From assembly GCA_030390025.1 (NCBI GenBank), contig CM059431.1, positions 145,392,001-145,456,000 on the forward strand: DNA of 64,000 nt. The letters are read 5' to 3'. The stretch is from Squalus acanthias (taxonomy: Eukaryota). Numbering within the stretch: the first letter of the stretch is position 1; the number at the start of each line of letters is the position of its first letter. The notes beneath the pieces were generated by a model. It did not search any database and had not been told where the DNA came from. It saw only the letters and a program-made list of their open reading frames with translations. This document shows, piece by piece, positions 12,781 through 23,000 of this stretch. Position numbers and translations under genes: made by a program.

Positions 12781-12945
12781 CATAAAAACATAGGAATTAA
12801 GTGCAGGAGTAGGCCATATGGGCCCTCGAATCTGCTCCGCTATTCAATAAGATCATCGCTGATCTTCGACCTCAACTCCACTTGCCCGCCTGATCTCCAT
12901 ATCACTTGATGCCCCGAGAGGCTGAAAATCTGTCGATCTCAACCT
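12781..12945 (-). mobile_element. Short CR1 3'-end fragment
   Basis: CATAAAAACATAGGAATTAAGTGCAGGAGTAGGCCAT...CTGCTCCGC.ATTCAATAAGATCAT is the same 3' UTR motif as at 17647. Confidence 0.7.
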
Positions 12946-13049
12946 TCAGTGACCATGTTGCTGGGCCTCTGACGTCACAATGCGCGATCACACTCGCTCA
13001 GCTCCAAATGGATCCAAGTGCGCGGCCAGTTAAAGGGGAGGGTCAGGAA

Positions 13050-14514
13050 ATAAAAAACAACAACAACATATATTGAGAGCATTTAATGAAATAAAACGTC
13101 CCAATGCGCTTCACAGGAGTATTACCAAAAAAACAAAATTTGACAGAGCCGTATAAAGAGATGTTAGAGCAGAAAGGATATGGGCAATAAATGCTGGCCT
13201 TGCCAGCGACGCCCACATCTCATATACGAATTAAAAAAATGTTCAAAAGCTTTGTCAACGAGTTAGTTTTTAAGGATCGTCTTCAAGTAGGAAATAAGTA
13301 GAGAAGCAGAGAGATTTATGGAGGGATTTCCAGAGTTTAGGACCTCGGCAGCTGAAGGCACAACCGCCAATTCTGGAGCATTTAAAATTGGAGATGTTCA
13401 AAAGGGCAGAGTCGGTGCCGTACAGAGGCCTCGGTGGATTATCGGACTGGAGGAGATTACCATGATAAGTAGGGGCGAGGCCATGGAGTGATTTGAAAAC
13501 CAGAATGACAGTTTTATTATCGAGGCGTTGCTTAACTCGGAGCTAATGTAGGTCAGCAAACACAGGGGACATGGGTGAGCGGGACTTGGTGCGAATTAGA
13601 ATTTGGGCGGCAGAGTTTTGAATGACCTCAAGTTTATGGAGTGTAGAATTGGGAGGCCGGCCAGGTGTGCATTGCACTAGTCAAGTTTAAATATGATAAA
13701 GACATCGGTGAAGGTTTCAGCAGCAGATACTTTGATGTAAGGGCGGCGTGATATTAGTAGGATGTAAATGAGCATTCTTAGTAATATAAATTTTATGTGG
13801 TAGGAAGCTCAATTTGTTATTAAATATGACACCGAGTTTGCGAACAGATTTCGTTAGCCTTAGACAGCTGCCGGGGAGAGAGATCGAATGTGTGGTATGG
13901 GAATGGATTTCATGGAGTGAACTGAAGACAATGGCTTCGGTCTTCCCAATATTTATATGGGACGAAATTTCTACTCATTCATTGCTGGATGTCAGACAAG
14001 CAGTCTGATAGCATAGGGACGGTGCGGGGTCCGAGAGAGGTGACGGAGAGGTAGAGCTGGGTATCATCAGCGTACATGTGAAAACTCACATTGTGTTGCT
14101 GCATGATTTCATCGAGCTGTAACATGTAGTTGAGCAATAGGAGGGGGCCAGGGATAGATCTTGGGGGACACCAGAGGTGCTGGTGCAGGAGCGGGAAGAA
14201 ACGCTATTGTAGGTGATTCTCTGGCTACGATTCGGTAGATAAGAATGGAACCAGGCGAGTGCAGTTCCACCCAGCTGGACGGCGGTGGAGAGGTGTTGGA
14301 GGAGTATGGTGTTGCCAACCGTGTCAAAGGCTGCAGACACGTCTATAAGGACGAGGAGGGAGAGTTTCCCTTTTTCAAAGTCATATATGACGTCATGTGT
14401 GACTTTGATGAGACCCGTTTTTGGCAGAGGTAGGAAACTGATTGGAGAGATTCAAACATAGATTTCTGGGGGGAAAGCCATTGCAGGGGATTCGATGGTT
14501 GCGGTTGGAAAGAT
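13050..14514 (-). mobile_element. L2-clade LINE 3' portion (decayed)
   Basis: The minus strand encodes MSAAFDTV...LAWFHSYL.NRSQRI...SGVPQ and FHMYADDTQLY (~14051-14083). An L2-like 3' end with (AAC)n lies at ~13055. Confidence 0.85.
13177..13239 (+). mobile_element. Tail-only retroposed fragment inserted in the L2
   Basis: ATGGGCAATAAATGCTGGCCTTGCCAGCGACGCCCACATC...ACGAATTAAAAAAA is the same tail as 7813-7889 and 15553-15629. Confidence 0.7.
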
Positions 14515-14700
14515 AGGAATGAAACCAGGCGAGTGCAGTCCCATTCAACTTGACGACGGTGACAGGGGTTGGAGCAGAATTTTGTGGTCAATCGTGGCAA
14601 AGGCTGCAGACATGTCCAGAAGGGTGAGAAAGGCTAGATTACCTTTGTCGCAGTCAATTGGGACTTCATTTGTGACCTTAGTAAGAGCAGTTTCAGTACT
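14515..14700 (-). mobile_element. Second L2 RT fragment, head-to-tail with the first
   Basis: The minus strand reads STETALTKVTN...LLDMSAAF, paralogous to but diverged from 14245-14430. Confidence 0.7.
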
Positions 14701-14721
14701 AAAATCGGCCAAACATATTCC

Positions 14722-14727
14722 TTTATT
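14722..14727 (-). promoter_or_regulatory. Candidate polyadenylation signal of the NLR gene
   Basis: AATAAA on the minus strand about 15 nt downstream of the stop codon. Confidence 0.45.
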
Positions 14728-14741
14728 TATACCAATAAAGT

Positions 14742-14844
14742 TTATATATTGAAATGATCACACTCCACACTCAGTCCGCGTCTTGTTCCCTGCAGCGACT
14801 TCAGCTGATTCTCTCCGGATGAACTGAATTGATTCCCCCACAGC
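14742..14844 (-). CDS. NLR (NACHT-LRR, RI-type LRR) terminal coding exon
   Basis: tttcAG acceptor at 14846-14845. Reads (W)LWGNQFSSSGENQLKSLQGTRRGLSVECDHFNI* with TAA at 14744-14742, in phase with the preceding exon. Confidence 0.75.
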
Positions 14845-15007
14845 CTGAAACAGAGTAAAGATTAAACACGAAATAAACAGATTGAACAACATTGTAAATA
14901 ACAGGGATACTGGAGTTAATATTTCATTAATAACTTCAGCAAATATTACCACTAAAGGTGACTGAAACACATTTACATTTTACTGATTACATTAAACATT
15001 AACACAC

Positions 15008-15175
15008 CAGATCTTCTCCAGACTCCTACAGGTCAGTATGAGGCGGCGGAGAGCGGGGACAGACCGGTCTGTGAAGGAGTTAAATTGCAGGGTCAGAACC
15101 GTCAGTGAGCGGTTTGTACTGAGAGCGGAGGCGACATCCTCGGTACAAGAATCTGTGAGACCGACATCACCCAGC
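15008..15175 (-). CDS. NLR LRR exon (168 bp)
   Basis: cAG acceptor and GTgtgt donor, phase 2-2. Reads [55 protein letters not shown]. Confidence 0.85.
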
Positions 15176-15228
15176 CTGGGGATCAGAGAGAGAAATAACA
15201 TGAAACAGAATAAATAAATATAAATTAT

Positions 15229-15629
15229 AGGGAACGGTAGCATCGCGGTAATGTTGCTGGACTAGTTATCCAGAGGCCTCGATTAATAATCTGCGTTACA
15301 AGAGTTCAAATCCTACAACGACAGCTGGGGAATTTAAATTCAGTTAATTAAATAAATCTGGAATAAAAAAGAAAATAGTATCAGTGATGGTGACTATGAA
15401 ACTACCGGATTGTCATAAAAACCCATTTGGTTCACTATTGACATTCAGGAAAGGAAATCTGCCGTCCTTACCTGGTCGGGCCCATGTGTGACTCCAGACC
15501 CACAGTAATGTGATTGCTTATTAACTGCCCTTTGAAATGGCCTAGCAAGCCACTCAAGGGCAATTAGGGATCGGCAATAAAAGTTAGCCTTGCCAGCGCG
15601 CCCACATCCCCAGAACGAATTTTTAAAAA
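15229..15629 (+). mobile_element. tRNA-derived SINE in an NLR intron
   Basis: Pol III-like head (GGTAGCATCGCGGT...GAGTTCAAATCC), ~400 bp long, with a 3' tail nearly identical to that of the LINE at 5920-7889. Confidence 0.75.
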
Positions 15630-15849
15630 TCCACAGAGTTTATTATTAACAATATTAATGATACTATTAATAATGTACAGTTCTTATTAATTATAATGAT
15701 ATTAATAAACACTATATTATTAATAACACTGTCACTGACACTAATAATAAAGTAGTGTTTAAAATGGTATTATTACTGATTCTAATAATAATGTACAGTG
15801 TCAGACATCCAGTTATTATAAACACAATCTCACACAGGCTGGTACTTAC

Positions 15850-16020
15850 CGCAGTTCCTGTATTTTACAGTTCGGGTTCCTCAGAGCTGCAGACAGCAGT
15901 TTCACTCCTGAATCACACAGTTTATTATTGCCCAAGTTCAGAACCGTCAGTGACCGGTTTGCACTGAGAGCGGAGGCGAGATCCTCCGCAAAAGACGCTG
16001 TGAGTCCGTTGTTATATAGT
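15850..16020 (-). CDS. NLR LRR exon (171 bp)
   Basis: aAG acceptor and GTAAGT donor, phase 2-2. Reads [56 protein letters not shown] with no stops. Confidence 0.85.
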
Positions 16021-16222
16021 CTTGGGTGCAGGGATAGACAGAAAGAGAGAGGGAGACATTACAGGATTAATTGTAAATCCCAGTGTTTATTAATAACACT
16101 CTTACTGACACTAATAATAATGTAGAGTGTTTATTACTAACGGCATTACTGACACTAATAATACTGTACAATGTTGGACATCCTGTTTTTACAAACACTC
16201 TCTCTCACACTCTGGTACTTAC

Positions 16223-16393
16223 CCCAGTTTCTGTATTTTACAGTCCGGGTTCCTCAGAGCCGCAGACAATAGTTTCACTCCTGAATCTCCCAGTTTATTA
16301 TTACCCAGGTTCAGATCCGTCAGTGACCGGTTTGTACTGAGAGCGGAGGCGAGATCCCCGGCACATGAATCTGTGAGACCGACATCATCCAAC
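16223..16393 (-). CDS. NLR LRR exon (171 bp)
   Basis: cAG acceptor and GTAAGT donor. Reads [56 protein letters not shown], a canonical 171-nt two-LRR exon of NLR/ribonuclease-inhibitor type. Confidence 0.9.
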
Positions 16394-16575
16394 CTGGGGA
16401 TCAGTGAAATAGGGGCAGAAAGAGAGAGAGAGAGAGAGAGGACAGAGAAAGAAATAACACCAATCATGGCAAATCGACAGTGTTTATTAATAACGGCATT
16501 ACTGATACTAATACTAATGTACAGTTTCATATATCCAGTTATTACAAGCACAATCTCACACAGTCTGGTACTTAC

Positions 16576-16662
16576 TGCAGTTTCTTTATAATACAGTCCG
16601 GGTTCCGCAGAGCCGCAGACAATAGTTTCACTCCTGAATCTTCCAATAACAAGCTCCTCAGT
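16576..16662 (-). CDS. NLR LRR exon (87 bp), the most 5' exon visible
   Basis: tgtttAG acceptor and GTAAGT donor. Reads [28 protein letters not shown]. Confidence 0.8.
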
Positions 16663-17504
16663 CTAAACACAGAGAATGAGAATCAAACTAAATCAAACCC
16701 GGATCTGATACCATTTTTCTCTCTCGGCTATTACAGCAATCACTGAAAAAACTTCAGGAAATTAATAGACAGCGTTTTCTGTCACTGACAATGTATCTTA
16801 CTCTGTCCAACTACCCATAAATTCAGGGACTGTCAGTAAATTTATTTATTGAATGCATGTCTGTGTTGAGTCTTTAAATGTCCCTCAGTCCGGACTCATT
16901 CCCTGATGATCAGAATTACCCTCCTGGAGCTCAGTGACCGGCCCCGTCATGTTTGGAGAAACTTACCTCATTTCTGCTGCTCCTTAAATCCTGGATTTTA
17001 TGGGAACGGTGCGATTTCCCCGGAATTAAATGATAAAGCGGTGAGTCACTGTACTTTATACCTTATGCATTATATTAATCAGTATAATATCCCGGGGTGA
17101 GTTATATTGAGAAACGGCGCTACCTGCTGCTGTAAAATCCGTTCCCCAGGATGTAATATAACAAGGAGAGTTTGTTCTGTCCCGTTACAAGTTTTAAATG
17201 TCCCTGTATTTCTAGTTTATAGGGGGGGGGAGTCTCTCACTTTATTCCTCATTAAACTGGCTCTACATTTATTTCAATTGTAACTGGCCCGACAGTTTTG
17301 GGGGAATTTTCGGAACTTCCCTCCCCGAGCGGTGCCTCACACACAGACAGCGGATTATGGGGAATTCCCGGGCTCACTGTCCCCGGTTTACCCAGGAGCC
17401 GCCGCTGTGTGCAAGGCCACACCGCTGGCCGAAGTGTGTCTGTAATCCGGGGCTCATACCCCACAACACGTTAGATTTAAGGCTTTTTACTGGCAGATAT
17501 TAGC

Positions 17505-17600
17505 TCGCAAATGCAACTGAAGTGTTGACCTGGATAACGAGCATGGGAGCTGAATCCACGAAAATTCTGACTCAGAGGCGCGAGTGCTGCCAGCTGGGCG
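17505..17600 (-). mobile_element. Degenerate tRNA-SINE head fragment (Deu-type shark SINE-like)
   Basis: Reverse complement GCCCAGCTGGCAGCACTCGCGCCTCTGAGTCAGAATTTTCGTGGATTCAGC resembles a tRNA-derived SINE head. Family assignment is from recall only. Confidence 0.45.
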
Positions 17601-17604
17601 AAGA

Positions 17605-17646
17605 GATGGTGGATCGATTGGCGAGTGTGAAGGGCTGTGTTATGAT
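17605..17646. repeat. Orphan monomer of the 39-bp satellite
   Basis: GATGGTGGATCGATTGGCGAGTGTGAAGGGCTGTGTTATGAT aligns without gaps to the satellite consensus. Confidence 0.85.
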
Positions 17647-20008
17647 AAGAACATAAGAACAGAAGAAATAGGAGCAGGTGTAGGCCAATTGGCGCCTCGA
17701 GACTGCTCCGCCATTCAATAAGATCATGGCTGATCTGATCCTAACCGCCAATCTACTACCACAGAACCATCTCCTGAACCTAACAGAATTGGACACAAGA
17801 AATAGGAGCAGGATGAGGCTACACGGCCCCTGGGCCCGCTCCGCTACCTACAGGGCCATGACCGATCCGAACCTCGACTCATGTCCAAATTCCTGCCCGC
17901 TCCGCTTAACCCTTAATTCCCTTTACTTCTAGGAAACTGTCTATTTCTGTTTTAAATTTATGTAATGATGTAGCTTCTACAGCTTTTTGGGGCAGCATAT
18001 GCCATGGACCTAACACCCTCTGAGTGAAGTAGTTCCTTCTCATCTCAGTTTTGAAAGAGCAGCCCCTTATTCTAAGGCTATGCCCCCTAGTTCTAGTTTC
18101 ACCCATCATCGGGAACATCCTCCCCGCATCCACCCGATCCAACCCCTTCACAATCTTATATGTTTCAATAAGATCGCCTCTCATTCTTCTGAACTCCAAT
18201 GAGTAGAGTCACAATCTACCCAACCTCTCCTCATATGTCCATCCCCTCATCCCCGGGATTAACCGAGTGAACCTTCTTTGTACTGACTAGAGAGCAAGTA
18301 TGTCTTTTCTTAAATATGGACACCAAAACTGTATGCAGTATTCCAGGTGCGGTCTAACCAATACCTTGTACAACTGAAGCAATACCTCCCTATTTTTATA
18401 TGCTATCCAACGAGGAATGAAAGCCAACATTCCATTGGCCTTCTTAATCACTTGCTGCACCTGCATACTAACCTTTTGAGTTTCGTGCACGAGGACCCCC
18501 AGATCCCTTTGTACTTCAGTACTGTCCAGTTTCTTGCCATTAAGATAATAACTTGCTCTTCTATTTTGCCTGCCAAAGTGCATAACCTCACACTTTCCAG
18601 TATTGTATTCCATCTGCCAAATCTCTGCCCACTTACTTAGCCTGTCTATGTCACCTTATAGATTTTTTATGTCCTCCTCACTCACTACTTTCCCTCCCAT
18701 CTTAGTATCATCTGCAAACTTTGATATGTTACACTCGGTTCCCTCCTCCAAATCGTTAATATAGATTGTAAAGAGTTGGGGACCCAGCACTGACCCCTGC
18801 GGAACACGACTAGTTACTGATTGCCAGTTTGAGAATGAACCTTTTAACCCAACTCTCTGCCTTCTGTTAGATAGCCAATCCTCTATCCATGCCAGAATAT
18901 TACCCCCAATCCCGTGATTTTTTATCTTAAGCAGTAATCTTTTGTGTGGCACCTTGTCAAATGCCTTTTGGAAGTCTAAATACACCACATCCACTGGTTC
19001 CCCTTTATCCACCATGTATGTTACTTCCTCAAAGAACTCCAGCAAATTTGTCAAACATGAATTCCCCTTCATAAAACCATGCTGCCTTTGTCCTATTAAA
19101 TTACGATTATCCAAATGTCCCGTTACTGTCTTCTTAATAATGGACTCCAAAATTTTACCTACCACAGATGTTAGGCTAACCGGTCTATAGTTTCCAGCCT
19201 TCTGTCTACTGCCCTTTTTAAATAAGTGTGTTACATTAGCAGTTTTCCAGTCTGTCGGGATCTTTGCTGAGTCCAGGGAGTTTGGGAAAATTATTACCAA
19301 TGCATCCACAATCCCTACCGCCACTTCCCTCAAGACCCTAGCATGGAAGCCATCAAGTGCAGGTGATTTATCCGCCTTGAGTCTCATTATTTTAACGAGC
19401 ACCAATTCCACAGTGATTTTGATCGTGTTTAGCTCCTCCCCCGCTATAACCCGCTGTTTGTCCAGCGTTGGGATATTCTTAGTGTCCTCTACTGTAAAGA
19501 CTGATATAAAATATTCATTCACTGTATATGCCATCTCCATATATCCCACCATTAATTTACCAGTCTCATCGTCTAAGGGACCAACATTTACTTTTGCCAC
19601 CCGTTTTCTTTTCATATAACAATAAAAATTCTTGCTATCTGTTTTCATATTTTTTGCTAATTTACTTTCATAATCTATCTTCTCTTTCTTAATCAAACTT
19701 TTTCTTATTTTTTGCTGTCTTTTAAAGATTTCCCAATCCTTTATCCTCCCACTAGATTTGGCTACCTTAAAAGCCCTTGTTTAAAGTCGAATACTATCCT
19801 TAATTTCTTTACTTAGCCACGGATGACTGTCTTTTCTTTTAGACCCTTTTCTTCTCAGTGGAATATATATATATTTTTTGGAAGTTGTTAAATAACTCCT
19901 TAAATGTACATTACTGATCATGTATCGTCTTACCCTTTAAATTCTCCCAATCCACTCAACACAATTCCGCTTGCATACTTTCATAATTTCCTTTATTCAA
20001 GCTTAGCA
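17647..20008 (-). mobile_element. 5'-truncated CR1 LINE (2.36 kb), relatively well preserved RT
   Basis: ORF 18656-19696 reads NYRPVSLTS...QHGFMKG.SCLTNL...YLDFQKAFDKV...PQGSVLGP...FADDTK and continues in 18287-18613 and 17906-18199. The tail (AAGAACAT)n is at 17647. Confidence 0.95.
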
Positions 20009-23000
20009 CATGATGCTGGATGTATTGGAGAGTGTGAAGGGCTGTGTCATGATGCTGGATGAATTGGAGAGTGTGAAGCGCTGTGTCATGATGCTGGATG
20101 TATTGGAGTGTGTGAAGGGCTGTGTCATGATGCTGGATCTATTGGAGAGTGTGAAGCGCTGTGCCATGATGCTCGATCTATTGGTGAGTGTGAAGGGCTG
20201 TGTCATGATGCTGAATGTTTTGGAGAGTGTGAAAGGCTTTGTCATGATGCTCGATCTATTGGAGAGTGTGAATGGCTGTGTCACGATGCTGGATGTATTG
20301 GAGAGTGTGAAGGGCTCTGTCATGATGCTGAATGTATTGAAGAATGTGAAGGGCTGTGTCATGATGCTGGATGTAATGGAGAGTGTGAAGCGCTGCGTCA
20401 TGATACTGGATGTATTGGAAAGTGTGAAGGGCTGTGTCATGATGCTGGATATATTGGAGAGTGTGAAGGGATGTGTCATGATGCTGGATATATTGGAGAG
20501 TGTGAAGGGCTGTGTCATGATGCTGGATGTATTGGAGAGTGTGAAGGGTTGTGTCATGATGCTGGATGTATTGGAGAGTGTGAAGGGCTGTGTCATGATG
20601 CTGGATGTATTGGAGAGTGTGAAGGGCTGTGTCATGATGCTGGATGTATTGGAGAGTGTGAAGGCCTGTGTCATGATGCTGGATATATTGGAGAGTGTGA
20701 AGGGCTGTGTCATGATGCTGGATGTATTGGAGGGTGTGAAGGGCTGTGTCATGATGCTGAATGTTTTCGAGCTTGTGAAGGGCTGTGTCATGATGCTGGA
20801 TGTATTGGATAGTGTGAAGGCCTGTGTCATGTTGGTGGCTGTATTGGAGTGTGAGAAGGGCTGTGTCATGATGCTGGATGTTTTGGAGAGTGTGAAGGGC
20901 TGTGTCATGATGCTGGATGCATTGGAGAGTGTGAAGGCCTGTGTCATGATGCTGGATGTATTGGAGAGTGTGAAGGGCTGTGTCATGATGCTGGATGTAT
21001 TGGAGGGTGTGAAGGGCTGTGTCATGATGCTGGAAGTTTTCGAGCTTGTGAAGGGCTGTGACATCATGCTGGAAGTATTGGAGAGTGTGAAGGGCTGTGT
21101 CATGATGCTGGATGTATTGGAGAGTGTGAATGGCTGTGTCCTGATGCTGGATGTTTTGGAGAGTGTGAAGGGCTGTGTCATGATGCTGGATGTATTGGAG
21201 AGTGTGCAGGTCTGTGTCATGATGCTGGATCTATTGGAGAGTGAGAAGGGCTGTGTCATGATGCAGGATGCATTGGAGAGTGTGAAGGGCTGTGTCATGA
21301 TGCTGGATTTATTGGAGTGTGTGAATGACTGTGTCATGATGCAGGATTTATTGGAGACTATGAAGGGCTGTTTCATGATGATGGATGTATTGGAGAGTGT
21401 GAAGGGCTGTGTCATGATGCTGGTTGTATTGGAGAGTGTGAAGGGCTGTGTCATGATGTTGGATGTATTGGAAAGTGTGAAGGGCTGTGTCATGATGCTG
21501 GATGTATTGGAGAGTGTGAAGGGCTGTGTCATAATGCAGGATGTATTGGAGAGTGTGAAGGACTGTGTCCTGATACTGGATCTATTGGAGAGTGTGAAGG
21601 GTTGTGTCATGATGCAGGATGTATTGGAGAGCGTGAAGGGCTGTGTCATGATGCAGGATGTATTGGAGAGTGTGAAGCGCTGTGTCATGATGCTGGATTT
21701 ATTGGAGAGTGTGAAGGACTGTGTAATGATGCTGGATTTATTGGAGAGTGTCATGGGCTGTGTCATGATGCTGGATGTATTGGATCGTGTGAAGGGCTGT
21801 GTCATGTTGCTGGTTCTAATGGAGAGTGCGAAGGGCTGTGTCATGATGCTGGATGTATTGGTGAGAGTGAAGGGCTGTGTCATGAAGCTGGATGTACTGG
21901 AGAGTGGGAAGGGCTGTGTCATGATGCTGGATGTTTTGGAGCTTGTGAAGGGCTGTGTCATGAAGCTGGATGTATTGGAGAGTGTGAAGGGCTGTTTCAT
22001 GATGCTGGATGTATTGGAGTGGGTGAAGGGCTGTGTCATGTTGTTGGTTGATTTGGAGATTGTGAAGGGCTGTGTCATGAAGCTGGATCTATTGGAGAGT
22101 GTGAAGGGCTGTTTCATGATGCAGGATGTATTGGAGAGTGTGAAGGGCTGTGTCATGATGCTGGATCTATTGGAGAGTGTGAAGGGCTGTGTCATGATGC
22201 AGGATGTATTGGAGAGTGTGAAGGGCTTTGTCATGATGCTGGATCTATTGGAGAGTGTGAATGGCTGTGTCATGATGCAGGATGTATTGGAGAGTGTGAA
22301 GGGCTGTGTCATGATGCTGGATGTATTGGAGAGTGTGAAGGGCTGTGTCATGATGCTGGATCTATTGGAGTGTGTGAAGGGCTGTGACATGATGCAGGAT
22401 GTATTGGAGAGTGTGAAGGGCTGTCTCATGATGCGGGATTTATTGGAGATTGTGAAGGATTGTGTCATGATGCTGGATTTATTGGCGAGTGTGAAGAGCT
22501 GTTTCATGATGCTGGATGTGCTGAAGTGAGTGAAGGGCTGTGTCATGATGCTGGATGTATTGGAGAGTGTGAAGGGCTGTGTAATGATGCTGGATCTATT
22601 GGAGAGTGTGAAGGGCTGTGTCATGATGCTGGATGTATTGGAGAGTGTGAAGGGCTGTGTCATGATGCTGGATCTATTGGAGAGTGTGAAAGGCTGTGTC
22701 ATGATGCTGGATGCATTGGAGAGTGTGAAGTGCTGTGTCATGATGCTGGATCTATTGGAGAGTGTGAAGGGCTGTGTCATGATGCTGGATGTATTGGAGA
22801 GTGTGAAGGGCTGTGTCATGATGCTGGATGTGCTGAAGAGTGTGAAGGGCTGTGTCATGATGCTGGATGTATTGGAGAGTGTGAAGGGCTGTGTCATGAT
22901 GCTGGATGTATTGGAGAGTGTGAAGGGCTGTGTCATGATGCTGGATGTTTTGGAGAGTGTGAAGGGCTGTGTCATGATGCTGGATGTATTGGAGAGTGTG

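Noticed and set aside
8586..12785. ORFs such as LQSLTPHWERHTLYTGTLVTESDSSLGET
   Set aside because: These are translations of the 55-bp minisatellite. The unit is not a multiple of 3 and stops recur.
16418..16450. (GA)n tract
   Set aside because: An ordinary microsatellite forming the intron's polypyrimidine tract on the minus strand.
14992..16551. ORF-track starts for the LRR ORFs (14992-15243, 16219-16551)
   Set aside because: Their hydrophobic N-termini are intron read-through. The true boundaries are the splice sites.
5883..19696. RT-bearing ORFs as active elements or a novel RT system linked to the arrays
   Set aside because: All are truncated or frameshifted pieces of ordinary CR1/L2 LINEs, and one lacks its catalytic motif. 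The CR1 next to the satellite is a later insertion.
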